DNA of 64,000 bases, from NCBI RefSeq assembly GCF_006345805.1, contig NC_043002.1, forward strand, positions 66,092,001 through 66,156,000, read 5' to 3'. This document shows, piece after piece, positions 13,288 through 25,734 of this stretch. The first letter of the stretch is position 1; every line of letters starts with the position of its first letter. A program made the translations under genes and the position numbers. The notes beneath the pieces were generated by a model that made no database searches, was not told the DNA's origin, and was given only the letters and a program-made list of their open reading frames with translations. Source of the stretch: Octopus sinensis. Its lineage: Eukaryota.

Positions 13288-13842
13288 TGGATTGAACGAT
13301 CCAAGCGAAGGTTAAAAGTTTGCATGATAATTTTCAAAAGTGCAAGGTTGGTTTAAAAGGTTTAAAACAGGGGTATCAACCATATGACCCGTAGCAATGT
13401 TTAGTCTGGCCCCCAGCTCAATTTTATAAAAAATAAATTTTAGCATTATTTTTTAACATTTAAATATTTTGTAAAATATATACCGTTACTATATATGGTA
13501 TAGTTAACGAAGTATGCATCCAACTAAACTGATTAATACCGGCCCCTATTAATCAAAATCAAACCACCTAAAGGAATTCTTTATTGTAACCAAAGTAAAA
13601 AGAAGCTTGTGGATTCATATACCAAAAGATGTGGTTTTTTTGCCTCCCGCCTTCACACGTCAAGGAAAACGGGTGGTTTATTTATTTCAAATTTACACAC
13701 ATGTACATCCAAATGGATTTTGAACGATACAGAAAGGTTTTGCAGCTGAAATACTTCAATCTTACTATTAAATTTTTCTATTTTCGTTTTGACTTTAAAA
13801 ATACTTAATACAACTGTATATATGCAACATTGATGAATTCCA

Positions 13843-13886
<44 letters not shown>

Positions 13887-14499
13887 CTACATATAAACTT
13901 ATAGATGGGTAGTTAGTTGTTGAGCCACTTAATGTGACTCACTCAGAAGGTTGTAATCTCATTTGGTAGGAAACCCGGATGAAGAATATATAAAAAAGGT
14001 TGTAATTTTGTATACATTTAATGTGGCCACATGTATATGCACAACTGAATGATAAATGGAATGGTTGGTGCGTAGAGGCCATGGTCTTCAGTGCTTTTGC
14101 TCCTATCTGCTAGCTGGCGTGTGGTTGCGTCTTCATAGTTCGCATCCCAGTGCAGAAAGCGACAGAAGTGAATGTCTGAAACTTAATGTTGCATAACGCC
14201 CCCTATACGTGGCCGGCTTATTTGAACCCGATGTCAAGCGGGGTAACTGTGCCTACAAACTTTATTAACACCTCACATTGCCAATAAGGTTGTTTTAATG
14301 TATATTGACGCTTTTTTTTTTTCATTTACTTTGGCCTACATTAGAAATAGGAATTTTCAGGAATAATTGTTCTTCACTGTCCCGCAAAACCAAACAAGTT
14401 TGACATCATTGATTTAAGAGGTGTCTTGAATTGCACAACATTAAAATGGTTAGTAAGATAACAGGGTAATGCCATTAGTAAGATAGACAGGCAGGTGGA

Positions 14500-14745
14500 T
14501 GAGAAGAAATAAAGTACAATAGGAGAACTGGCACAGAGACTGCAACTAATTAACTTCAGAGTTGTAGAAAATTATCGATGAACAAGTTTACAAACCAGAA
14601 CAAGTGTAAAACGTTGATGAAACTGGGCTTGTTGGCATGTCTACTTGGATTTGTACTTAGACTGAAGAAAGCTCAATACCAAGCTTTTCAAACTTCTAAA
14701 AATTGTCTGACTCTTTTAATAAAAAGAAAAGCTGCTACTGCTGCC
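14500..14745 (+). pseudogene. Tigger/pogo transposase fragment
   Basis: KIIDEQVYKPEQV*NVDETGL ... AFQTSKNCLTLL matches the pogo DDE motif Y.peQifN.DETGL ... gfK.sK.RlTvl; contains stops and frameshifts. Confidence 0.75.
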
Positions 14746-14895
14746 ATGATATTAAGTCTCATACATATATTTTCTCCTAAAATGAAGGGTTTTTTTTTCT
14801 TTTCAAGTGTTTGTATAATATACCTGCGATTTGGCATTCAAATTAGAATGCTTGGATGACTATAAGTCTTTTCCAATACTGGTTGACAAACTTTT

Positions 14896-15629
14896 GGATT
14901 TTTACCTTTTGACCTACAGATTTAAAAAGAATTTTTTGTATCTAAACACTTTCAAACTTCATATACTGGTAGAATGTGTCATATAAAACATCTTTTACTC
15001 TTAGCGTTTTTGAGAAAAGCTTATATTTAGGAAGTTATTTCACGTTAAAATTTTAGTATTTCGGTAATTTCAACCAACCAATGGCGTGTATTCAGCTGAA
15101 TAAAATTACTGCTGTTGTTTGTCAACAAGAACTTCCAGCAGTGTATTTTTCGTTTGTCACTATTATTTATGACAACCCTAACCCTAACCCTAACCCTAAA
15201 ACCCTACCCCTAAAACCCTAACCCTAACTCTAAACCCTAACCCTAACCCTAAAACCCTAACCCTAAAACCCTAGCCCTAACCCTAAACCTAACCCTAACC
15301 CTAAAACCCTAACCCTAAAACCTTAAAACCAGTACAAACACATGAATGATGTCATAAATAATAGTGACAAATGAAAAATACACCGCTGATAGTTGTTGTT
15401 GACAAACAACAGCAGTAATTTTATTCAGCTGAATACATGTCATTGATTGGTTGAAATTACCGAAATACGAGAACTTTAATGTGAAATAACTTCGTAAATA
15501 TAAGTTTTTCTCAAAAATGCTAAGAGTAAAAGATATTTTATAAGACACATTCTACCAGTGTCCAAAGTTTGAAAGTGTTTAGTTACAAAAATTTATTTTT
15601 TAAATCTGTAGGTCAAAAGGTAAAGATCC
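14896..15629. mobile_element. Foldback DNA transposon with ~280-bp TIRs and a telomeric-repeat spacer
   Basis: Arms 14896-15174 and 15350-15629 are reverse complements; termini GGATTTTTACC / GGTAAAGATCC; perfect 7-bp TSD aactttt (14889-14895, 15630-15636). Confidence 0.9.
15174..15330 (-). repeat. Interstitial telomeric repeat (TTAGGG)n with TTTTAGGG variants
   Basis: (CCCTAA)n and CCCTAAAA units read directly on the + strand. Confidence 0.95.
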
Positions 15630-15679
15630 AACTTTTTTTCCACTGTAGAAAAACTACAGTACTAGGTGTAATATTTTCA

Positions 15680-17250
15680 GAAAATCCACCAAACTACCAA
15701 GGGAACTTAATTGATCTTTCTGATAATGAGAAGGCAAAATATAATGTCAAAAATACTTCTTTGCTGAAGCTAAAGGGTCAAAATGACATAGCTAACTTCC
15801 AGGCATATTATCTGAGAAAAGCAATTGATGAAAAAGATAAACCTATCGTTAAAGCCTCCTGGAAAATGTTAAACATTATGGATGCAGTGGATAATGGAGA
15901 CAAATTATGGGACAAAGTAAAATACTTGGCTATGAATGGTGTTCAGCAAAATGCATGATCAAAGTTATAATGACAAAATATTTGGTTGGTTAATAAAACA
16001 AAAATTTGTATGATGTCCATATACAAAAAATATTTATTTATCGTTTATAAAAAATTGTTGTCGTTACAATGAACGACAGAAGAGGGATATAAACACCAAA
16101 TGAATCAATTAGTGTGTCAACAATGATAGTGAAGCGTAGTAATTGTTGCATTCTGTAGCCGAAGCTGAATGACGTGAGTTCCTGCAGTAACTGGGTTTTG
16201 TTGTGTCACGATCCATGTTCTGTCAAAAAAGGTGCCAGAGACAAAATCGTTAATAACATTCCAATATGTTGTTTATCCAAAAATGGTTAGGGTGTTTACA
16301 ACAAATGAGATTCTAACGAGCTGAGCATCTGCTGGGTCTAATGTGGTTTTGCCAGTCGACCCAGCCACTGATAAAAACAAGTTCATAATCTGTCTACCAG
16401 AAATTTGAATGGCTAACTGCTTGCTGATGTTTTCAATCCCTGACAAAATCCTGTTTAAGTGTTTATAGTTATTTTTACATCTGAACACAGAAATTCAGTC
16501 TCAATTTCTAGTCAATGAGTTGGTGATTGGCACTCTTCCAATATTTCTGCTATGATTTATATCCATAACTTTGGAAGTTTTCCATCGGCAAAAAGTCTTC
16601 ATCAAGTTCAGTAAGACACTGCAACACAGAAAAATTATGTAGAGCTTGAAGATACCATTGATGTGCCTGAGATACTGGGATACCATAGCTTGCTAAATGA
16701 AAAAAGTGTATCTAACGAAAATCTGATGATGTTTGAGCTGCAAGTGCAAGAAGAGCATATCAAAGCACCACTTTAACTGACTACAAAGAATATGGCTAAA
16801 GAATTTGTACGTATAGAGGAAGGTCTGAAATCTTTACTGATAGGGATCCAAACCTTTAGTGCATCATAAAAATTCAAGAGGAGTTCATAATAAGCTCTTC
16901 AAAGAAATAGCATGCCATAAATGTCCACTTCGGATAAGTTTTACTTCTTTTATTTTTCAAAGGGTTTAAAGTCTGGTAACCACTACTGGGGTCGATCTAA
17001 TCGACTGGCCCCTTCCTGAGATACTTGTCTAATGAAAAAAGTGTGTCTAATGAAAATCTGATGATGTTTGAGCTGCAAGTGCAAGAAGAGGATATCGAAG
17101 CACTACTCTGACTGACTGCAAAAAATATGGCTAAAGAATTTGCACGTATAGAGAAAGGTCTGCACATTGGAGCTTCAAAGCAACTCTTGTTTTGCATTAG
17201 TCTTGCTTCAAGATGGCTCCTATTCAATTACAAACACTTTTTGTAACTTT
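15680..17250 (+). pseudogene. Probable decayed hAT-related (CGGBP1-like) transposase
   Basis: Ordered remnants LWDKVKYLAMNG, YPKMVRV and KVFIK...IPLMCLRYWDT resemble DKV..vtDaa, YPKMiHvtC and KKvFlK...P.TRWGT; many stops; ~150-bp local duplication 16666-16830 / 17015-17163. Confidence 0.45.
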
Positions 17251-17629
17251 TCTTTGTCTGCTGGTGAGCTGCATTGATAACAGGGCAATTAACACTAGAG
17301 TTATTTCCCCTGCTTTCATGTTCTTGATGGCATAACATTCTTTGCCTCTGCAATAGATGCTGACAATAATGATTTGCAGGGCAAAAGATAGTACTCCTCT
17401 CCCTCTCAGTAATTCACATTGCTATTTCATACAACACACAAATGTTAACAGCATTAAGTACTTAACACGCTACACTATATTCATATACAAGGTCTTCAGG
17501 CTAAATGTGACGATTTTTGTTTTCTTTTTTTTTTTTTTTTTTCAGAAGCAGCTTGGTGTATTGAGGTGTCAAAGGCATTAGAGAGCATAGAAAATATAGC
17601 AGGTATAGAGGACTGAAAGCTATCTGAAT

Positions 17630-17848
17630 ATTGGTTTCAAATTTTGTCACAAGGCTAGTTAGTTTGGGGGTGGGAGCAAGTTGATAACATTCACCCCCAA
17701 CCCCAGTACCCAGTTGGTACTTATCAACTCAAAAGGGATGAAAGGCAAAGGGAAGCTGAGCATAATTTGAACTCAGAATATAAGGTCAGACGAAATGCTG
17801 CTAAGCAGTTTGCCTGGCATGTTGACAACTCTGCCAGCGCACCATCTT
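17630..17848 (-). mobile_element. SINE family B, CpG-decayed copy
   Basis: ggatgaaaggcaaag...tttgaactcagaa...ctgccagc. Confidence 0.75.
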
Positions 17849-17934
17849 AAACCATTTAGATATTGGGGAAGAGTTACCCATAACATGATGATTCATGCTG
17901 AGTATCAAAACCTCCTCTAAGACACGATATGGAC

Positions 17935-18180
17935 ATCATGAAAACCAAGTTTCCCCAAACTGTGATGGTCTTTGGATGTTGTTGCCATTGAGGGTGACAT
18001 CATGTCGCTCCCACATCTTTGAACTGGGTCTTAGGCTCAATTCAGATGGCTATGTGAAGATGCTGAAGACTGTGGTCAAATCCTGGTTGGAGAGGGTTGC
18101 TGTTGAAAGCCATATGTTTAGTAGCAGGACTCTGCTCCTTGCCATACCACTGGAAAGAGTCAGAAGTGGTTGTCAGTGAA
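17935..18180 (+). pseudogene. Tc1/mariner (maT/DD37D-like) transposase fragment
   Basis: MKTKFPQTVMVFGC...HIFELGLRLNSDGYVKMLKTVVKSWLERVA...QDSAPCHTTGKSQKWL, joined across frameshifts. Confidence 0.75.
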
Positions 18181-18399
18181 GTATGCACCAGACTTTAAAA
18201 AGTATGAATTCTATGATTGATTTGATTGTCTAAATCATTCAATAGATTGCCCCAGCATGGCTGCATTCCAATGACTGAAATAACTAGAAGACTAAAAGGC
18301 TATTAGCAAAAAAATATATATTGTCAGGGAACATCATCAATATGACATAATGAAAGCAGAATGTCCAATATTGAAAGAAAAGTAACTCAAAGAATACAT

Positions 18400-20057
18400 C
18401 ATTCAAACTCTTTGGCACTTTTGTTACTATATTTCTTTTCTACTCTAGTTACAAGGCCTGAAATTTTGGGGGAAGGGGCCAGTCGATTAGATCGACTTCA
18501 GTACACAACTGGTACTTAATTTATTGACTCCAAAAGAATAAAAGGTAAAGTCGACCTTGAACTCAGAACATAAAGACAAATGAAATACTGCTAAGCATTT
18601 TACCCAGGATGCTAACGATTCTGCTGGCTTGTCACCTTCTTTTTGTAACTATATTTTTATTGAAATGTTTTGCTTTTGTTTCAGTTAATTTTGAAAATGA
18701 TTAAGGATTTAGTAAACTGACTTTGTCATTATTAATCTGGTGTTTAGAACAAATAAACATGAAATTTTGGTAGACGGTTTTGAGATCATTTTAACCCTTT
18801 TAGAACTAACCTACCTTAGACTGCCTCTGCTTCTATGAAGCAAACTTCTTATTTCAATCCTTTTGTTACCATATTTCTGACCAAATACACTACCTTTGTT
18901 TGCAATTAATTTTGAAGATAGTGAAGAATTTAGTAAAATAACTTAGTCATTATTGAGATAGGTTTTGGAACTAATGTAATCTTGATGGAAGGATTTAATT
19001 AATCTGTTGAATGCAGAAAGTGGATATATCCACTCAAAATTGCATTCCATTAGCTGCTTAAAGTGGTTTTACCTCATGGATTTGAAAAAAAACCTTTTCC
19101 TTGTGCTACAAGAAATGAAGACACCCCCAGAGGCACTTTTTACAAAAGACAATTTTTCAGATTTCCTTAATTTTCCCCCTACATCATCACCTCTTTTTGG
19201 AGCAAAAATCAAATACATCTAGTGACAGATATGTAAACTCGTACCTACAGAAGATGCTGAAAAAAGCATTACAGAAGTAGAAAATATGAATTCTCTTTTT
19301 GGTGGTGCAGAGGGATAATTACAGGAATGGCCATGAAATTTAATTAGGCAGTCAAAGGGTTAAGATCACCTTAAATCTTTTCATACCAACTTGCCAGAGA
19401 TCACTTCTGATTCTATGAAGCAAAACTTCTTATTTCAACCCTTCTGTTACCATATTTCTGACTAAATACACAGATGACTTAATACTCTTTTACTCTTTTA
19501 TTTGTTTCAGTTGTTTGACTGTGGCCATGCTGGAGCACCGCCTTTAGTCGAGCAAATTGACCGCAGGACTTATTCTTTGTAAACCTAGTACTTATTCTAT
19601 CGATCTCTTTTGCCGAACCGCTAAGTTACAGCGATGTAAACACACCAGCGTCGGTTGTCAAGCAATGCTGGAGGGACAAACACAAACATACACACGCACA
19701 TATATATATATACATATATATGACGGGCTTCTTTCAGTTTCCGTCTACCAAATCCACTCACAAGGCTTTGGTCAACCCGAGGCTATAGTAGAAGACACTT
19801 GCCCAAGGTGCTACACAGTGGGACTGAACCTGGAACCATGTGGTTGGTAAGCAAGCTACTTACCACACAGCCACTCCTACACCTAATGTCAATTAATTTT
19901 GAAAATAATGAAAAATTTAGTAAAACAACTTTGTCATTATTAATCCAGTGCTTAGAATATAACTTAACATGAATTTAATTTCGATGGCTTTAAAACAGAA
20001 AGCTTGTATCATAGGACCAGAGGCAGTCTCAGGCAGGATTGGTATTAAAAAGGTTAA
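18400..20057. mobile_element. Cluster of TTAA-flanked piggyBac-like MITEs with nested SINEs
   Basis: Repeated ttaaccctttt / aaaaggttaa ends and a repeated body (ttaattttgaa..a.tgaa.aatttagtaaa..aactt.gtcattatt); nested element 19003-19359 ends gcagtcaaagggTTAA. Confidence 0.6.
19485..19884 (-). mobile_element. SINE family A, full copy
   Basis: Head-to-tail match to the family A consensus. Confidence 0.9.
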
Positions 20058-20059
20058 TA

Positions 20060-20275
20060 CTGTGCTAGAAGGCATCTTTAAAAAGCTTAGAGGAGAAGAA
20101 AAAGGAATAAACCTTGATGGTTAATATTTAAAATCATTTCTGCCTTGCTAGTTACGTAGTTCACTTCGTGAATAATGATCATGGGCCAAAGAAATGAAGT
20201 GAACAGAGAAAAATAACAAGGCGAGACTAAAAATAAATGTGAGGAAAACATAACTCGTGTTCAACAGCCATCAAA
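20060..20275 (+). mobile_element. Old RTE RT fragment
   Basis: VLEGIFKKL..EEKGINLDG*YL...LKIN..KT, i.e. the RT motif 5-6 region. Confidence 0.55.
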
Positions 20276-20551
20276 GTCAACCATTATATATTCTATTAAT
20301 AACAGGTGATAAATATGTGTGTGTATATGTATGTATGTATATGTATCTGTATTCATTCTGTCACTGCTTCACACACCTACTCATGAAAATATAGATAGAC
20401 AGAGAGTTAGAGAGATAGATAGATGAGAGAGAGAGAGAGAGAGGTAGAAAGATTTACATACATACAAATATATGTCTGCATATGTATCTACCTCTCTTTC
20501 GCTCTATCTCTCTCCCTTTGTTTGTGTGCCAGCATGGATAATGGACATTAA

Positions 20552-20584
<33 letters not shown>

Positions 20585-20650
20585 GTAGTGTTATTAAGTT
20601 AGACATGGTCTGGACCAATACTGGCTGAAACCTATCAAAGTATATATATA

Positions 20651-23600
20651 TCATCATCATCATCATCATCGTTTAGCGTCCGTTTTCCATGCTAGCATGG
20701 GTTGGACGGTTCTACTGGGGTCTGTGAAGCCAGAAGGCTTCATCAGGCCCAGTCAAATCTGGCAGTGTTTCTACGGCTGGATGCCCTTCCTAACGCCAAC
20801 CACTCCGTGAGTGTAGTGGGTGCTTTTTACGTGCCACCCGCACTGGTGCCAGACAGAGCTGGCAAACGGCCACGAACGGATGGTGCTTTTTATGTGCAAC
20901 CGGCACGAGGGCCAGGCGAGGCTGGCAACGGACACGAAACGGGGCGGTGCTGGCAACAGTCGCGAAACGGAAAGTTCTCTTACATGCCACCGGCACTGGT
21001 AACACATCTGCAATTTCCATTGATCGATTTCCATTGATCGATTTCGATTCTGATCGTCACTTGCCTCAACGGGTCTTCACAAGCAGAGTTTTGACATGCC
21101 ACGGCACTGGTAGCACATCCGCAATTTCCATTGATCGATTTCGATTCTGATCCTCACTTGCCTCATCACGTCTTCACAAGTAGAGTTTTGTGTCCCAAGA
21201 AGGGAAGGTATGCATACGTAGGCTGGCTCCATCCCATGTAGAAGGCCACGGGTTATGGACTCACTTGTCCTGCCGGGTCTTCTCGCGCACAGCACACTTC
21301 TAGAGGTCTCGGTCTCTAGTCATTTCCTCAGTGAGACCTAAAGTTCGAAGGTCGTGCTTCACCACCTCGTCCCAGGTTTTCCTGGGTCTGCCTCTTCCAC
21401 AGGTTCCCTCAACCGCTAGGGTGTGGCACTTTTTCACACAACTATCTTCATCCATTCTCGCCACATGACCATACCAGCGCAAACGTCTCTCTTGCACACC
21501 ACAACTGATGCTTCTTAGGTCCAGCTTTTCTCTCAAGGTACTTACACTCTGCCGAGTGTGATAGTACCGGCATTACACATCCATCGGAGCATACTAGCTT
21601 CATTTCTAGCGAGCTTACGCATATCCTCAGCAGTCACGGCCCATGTTTCACTGCCATGTAGCATGGCTGTTCGTACACACGCATCATACAGTCTGCCTTT
21701 CACTCTGTGCGAGAGGCCTTTTGTCACCAGCAGAGGTAGAGCTCTCTGAACTTTGCCCAAGCTATTCTTACTCTAGCAGTTACACTTTCAGCACACCCGC
21801 CCCCGCTGCTGACTTGGTCACCTAGGTAACGGAAACTATCAACTATTTCTAGTTTTTCTCCCTGGAAAGTGACGGAAGTTGGTCTCAGAGCATTTTCAGT
21901 GTTTATTGTTCCTGAGCATCTGCCACATACAAAAACCATCTTCCTAGTTAGCCTTCCTTTGACATTGCTGCATCTCTTATGTGTCCATAGCTTACACTTG
22001 GTGTATCTTATAGAGTTTCTACCTACACATTTTCTACAGATCGAGCAGGGCCATCTACCTGAAGGTGTTTGTGATTTGTCTACCTTCCTACTGATTACGA
22101 CTTTGGTTTTAGCTAGATTGACTCTGAGGCCCTTCCATTCTAATCCTTGTTTCCACACCTGAAACTTCTCCTCCAGTTCTGATAGCGACTCAGCAATTAG
22201 AGCAAGGTCATCAGCATAGAGGAGCTCCCAAGGGCATCCTGTCTTGAATTCCTCCGTTATTGCCTGGAGGACTATGATAAATAGGAGGGGGCTGAGTACT
22301 GAGCCTTGGTGGACTCCTACCTCTCCCGGAATTCTTCACTGTACACATTTCCAACCCTCACCCTACTAGCGGCGTCCCTGTACATGGCCCGCACAGCTCT
22401 CACTAACCATTCATCTATCCCTAGTTCCTCATTGCCACCAGATAAGGGATCGGGGGACCCTGTCGAAGGCTTTCTCCATGTCAACAAAAGCCAGGTACAG
22501 GGCTTATCTTTGGCTAGGTATTTCTCCTGCAGCTGCCTTACCAGGAATATAGCATCAGTAGTACTTTTCCCTGGCACAAACCCAAACTGCATCTCATCTA
22601 AACTAACTCTCTCTCTAATTAGTTGGGCTATGACCCTCTCCGTAACCTTCATCACCTGGTCCAACAGCTTGATACCTCTGTAGTTATTTGTATCTAGGGC
22701 ATCACCTTTACCTTTGTAGCAGTTGACTATTATACTGCTACACCAGTCATTGGGTATGACCCCTTGTGTATCACCTGATTAACTATACGGGTGACTAGGC
22801 TATAGCCGACACTACCAGACATTTTGAGCATCTCTGCAGTGATTCCTGATGGGCCTGGGGCTTTCCCTGTCTTCATACTTCTAATTGCCTTAGCTACCAC
22901 GGAACTATCAACTCGGATAGCTGGTCCCTCTGTTGGGTCAACATTCGGCAGACTCTCTTTATCCCATTCATTTTCTTCATTCAGCAACCTTCATAGTGGC
23001 ATCTCCAAACCTCTCTCTTTGCATCCTCATTTAGCGCAAGTGAACCATCTTCCATGCGAACACACTTCTCTCCTACCACATCACGATTCTCTCTCACACA
23101 CTGTCTTGCAACACGAAACACCTCCAGTCTTTGGTCCTCACGGCGCAGAACATTGGCAAATTTTTTCTTATCTGCTTCCCCTCTGGCTAAATAAACCTGT
23201 CTCCTAGCTTCTCTTTTGGCAGTCTGATACAATCCCCTGCTACCCCATTTTTCCAGACCTTCCAAGCCTGTCTCTTTTCTCTAATAGCCCTGTCTACAAT
23301 ATTGTTCCACCACCACGTTATTCTAGGTCGAGAGGGGACTTTGCACCAGCCACAGATCTGGTCAGTGGCTCTCAGCAGGTTGTCCCTTAGAAACGTCCAG
23401 CTGTCTTCTACCCCCTGTGATGCTCTATCCCCTTCTACTTCGTCAGAGGCTTCAAGTAATATGTCCCTAAATCTCTGTCCATTTGCAGGATCTTTAAGCT
23501 TCCAGATCCTTCTTCTCCATATTTGTCGTCTTCTGGTTGTCCTCCTAGTCCTGATCCTAAAGTCACTAACTACCAGTCTATGTTGTGGGATACATTCTTC

Positions 23601-23974
23601 ACCTGGGAAGGTTTTGGCATTTATAAGCAGCCATCTCTCCTTTGCCTTGTAAGGATGTAGTCAATTTGGCTGGTATGTCGGCCCGCCCGATTGGTAAGTG
23701 ACTAGGTGGCTGGTAGGTTCCTGAAGTTAGTGTTGCAAATCATAAGATTATTTGCATCGCAGAACTCCAGCAGCCTGGTTCCCTCCTCGTTGCGGGAGCC
23801 ATAGCCATAGCCTCCATGTACGCCATGGAAGCCCCCAGCATGTCGTCCAACGTGACCATTGAAGTCACCAGCCACAAAGATAAGGTCTCTGTCGTTCGTC
23901 AACGAGGTAGTCTGCAGTAGAGTGTCATAGAATCGGTCTTTCTGTCCATCGGGTAGCCCCGACTGAGGAGCATA
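20651..23974 (-). mobile_element. RTE-clade LINE, 5'-truncated, with APE endonuclease + RT and frameshifts
   Basis: YAPQ, AGDFNGHVG, RLLEFC, QIDYIL; KAPGPSGI, QFGF, YADD (22207-22218), FRYLG, RRLRWYGHVARM, GRGRPRKTW; (GAT)n 3' tail; (TA)n on both flanks. Confidence 0.95.
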
Positions 23975-23994
23975 TATATATATATATATATACA

Positions 23995-24310
23995 CAGGTC
24001 GTTGCCAGTGCCTCCTGACTGGCTCCCGTGCCGGCGGCACGTAAAAAGCACCATTTGAGTGTGGTCAATGCTAGTACCAAGTACCAGCTAACTGGCCCTC
24101 ATGCCAGTGGTATGTAAAAAGCACCCACTACATTCTTGAAGTGGCTGGCATTAGGAAGGGCATCCAGCTGTGGAAACCTTGCCAGATCAGATTGGAGCCA
24201 GGTACAGCCTCTGGCTCGCCAGTCCACAGTCGAACCATCCAACCCATGCCAGCATAGAAAGCAGACGTTAAACAATGATGATGATGATGATGATGACGAT
24301 GATGATGACT
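23995..24310 (+). mobile_element. RTE 3' UTR fragment with (GAT)n tail
   Basis: ttaggaagggcatccagc...aacccatgccagcat...(gat)n, the same as the 3' end of the 20651-23974 element. Confidence 0.85.
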
Positions 24311-24688
24311 ATATATATACACATACATACATACATACATACATACATACATACATACATACATACATACATGTCTACATACATATATATATACACTCAT
24401 ACATAAATACATACATACAACCTTGTATGTAGGTTAGCTGTAAAAGTAGAATACAAACGTTTAGAAGAAATAAAGTGGTGAATACAGGGTGGATAGTGTA
24501 TATATTATACATAAAATGACATCATTAGAAGTAAAACACCATTAAACCAAAGCGCAGAGTATTGACCAGTCTGACCAGTCTAACATGCTAACCATAATCT
24601 ATGGCGCAGAGTCATGAACAATGGGAAGAAATATTTTGGTTGAGTCCAACTACTTAATATGTTCTATATTTAAGAGATGAGGAATTAT

Positions 24689-24856
24689 GTACATTATTTA
24701 CATTATTTACATTTGACGGATATTTGTCCTCATCTTGTTTGAAATTTCCCAAGACACCTGATGAACGCTGGAGGGTACATCAGCTGAAATGTTGTGTTAA
24801 CAACAAACAAGATGAGGACAAATATCTGTCAAATGTAAATAATGTAAATAATGTAC
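24689..24856 (+). mobile_element. Penelope-like inverted-repeat remnant with a degenerate hammerhead motif
   Basis: 53-bp inverted arms 24689-24741 / 24804-24856; between them gacac-CTGATGA-ac-gctg...cagc-t-GAAA-tgtt-gtgtt. Confidence 0.6.
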
Positions 24857-25114
24857 CTTATAGGTATTGATAGGTTTTCTTAAAGTGTGGTGAGCTGGAA
24901 GAATTGTTGGTACACTGAACAAAATCCTGAACAGCATTTCTTCTGGGTTTATGTTCTGTTATTTTGGTGTTGCCGAAATAAGTACACTTCAAGCACTGGG
25001 ATCAATGTAATCAACTTCCCCTCCCTTCAAAATTGCTGGCCTTGTGCTCAAAAGAGGAAAATAAAATACATTAGTGTTTTCTGTTATTGAGGACTATGAA
25101 GGATAATATACTCT

Positions 25115-25533
25115 CTTTACTCTTTTACTCTTTTACTTGTTTCAGTCACTTGACTGTGGCCATGCTGGAGCACTGGCTTTTTTTTTTAGTTGAGCAAATC
25201 AATCCCAGGACTTATTCTTTGTAAGCCTAGTACTTATTCTATCAGCCTCTTTTGCTGAACCACTAGGTTACGGAGACGCAAACACACCAGCATCGGTTGT
25301 CAAGCGATGCTGGGGGCACAAACAGACACACAAGCATATACACACACATACATATATATACATATACATATATACGACAAGCTTCTTTCAGTTTCTGTCT
25401 ACCAAACCCACTCACAAAGCCTTGGTCGGCCCGAGGCTATAATAGAAGACACTTGCCCAAGGTGGCAAGCAGTTGGACTGAACCTGGAACCATGTGGTTG
25501 GTAAGCAAGCTACTTACCACACAGACACTCCTG
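25115..25533 (-). mobile_element. SINE family A
   Basis: Full-length match to the family consensus. Confidence 0.9.
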
Positions 25534-25663
25534 CAAAAATTCAGTCAAACTTTTGATATTTATATGTGTTTTTTCACTTTCATAGTCATTCTTTATGATT
25601 GTGCTCTGATTTGAAAAACAAAAAAATAACAATGACTAATGTCTTTTATTCTTTTGGCTTCAG

Positions 25664-25718
25664 AATTCAAAAATCTGGAGAATAAACCTGCAACATTCCA
25701 GATGTGGTTTTGTCAACT
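25664..25718 (+). other. Candidate 55-nt internal exon
   Basis: Branch-like gactaat, polypyrimidine tract cttttattcttttggcttcAG, donor GTAAGC; two frames open; no recognisable product. Confidence 0.35.
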
Positions 25719-25734
25719 GTAAGCATTGTCATCA

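Noticed and set aside
15174-15330. True telomere or chromosome-fusion scar
   Set aside because: Single orientation, short, and enclosed by TIRs plus a TSD.
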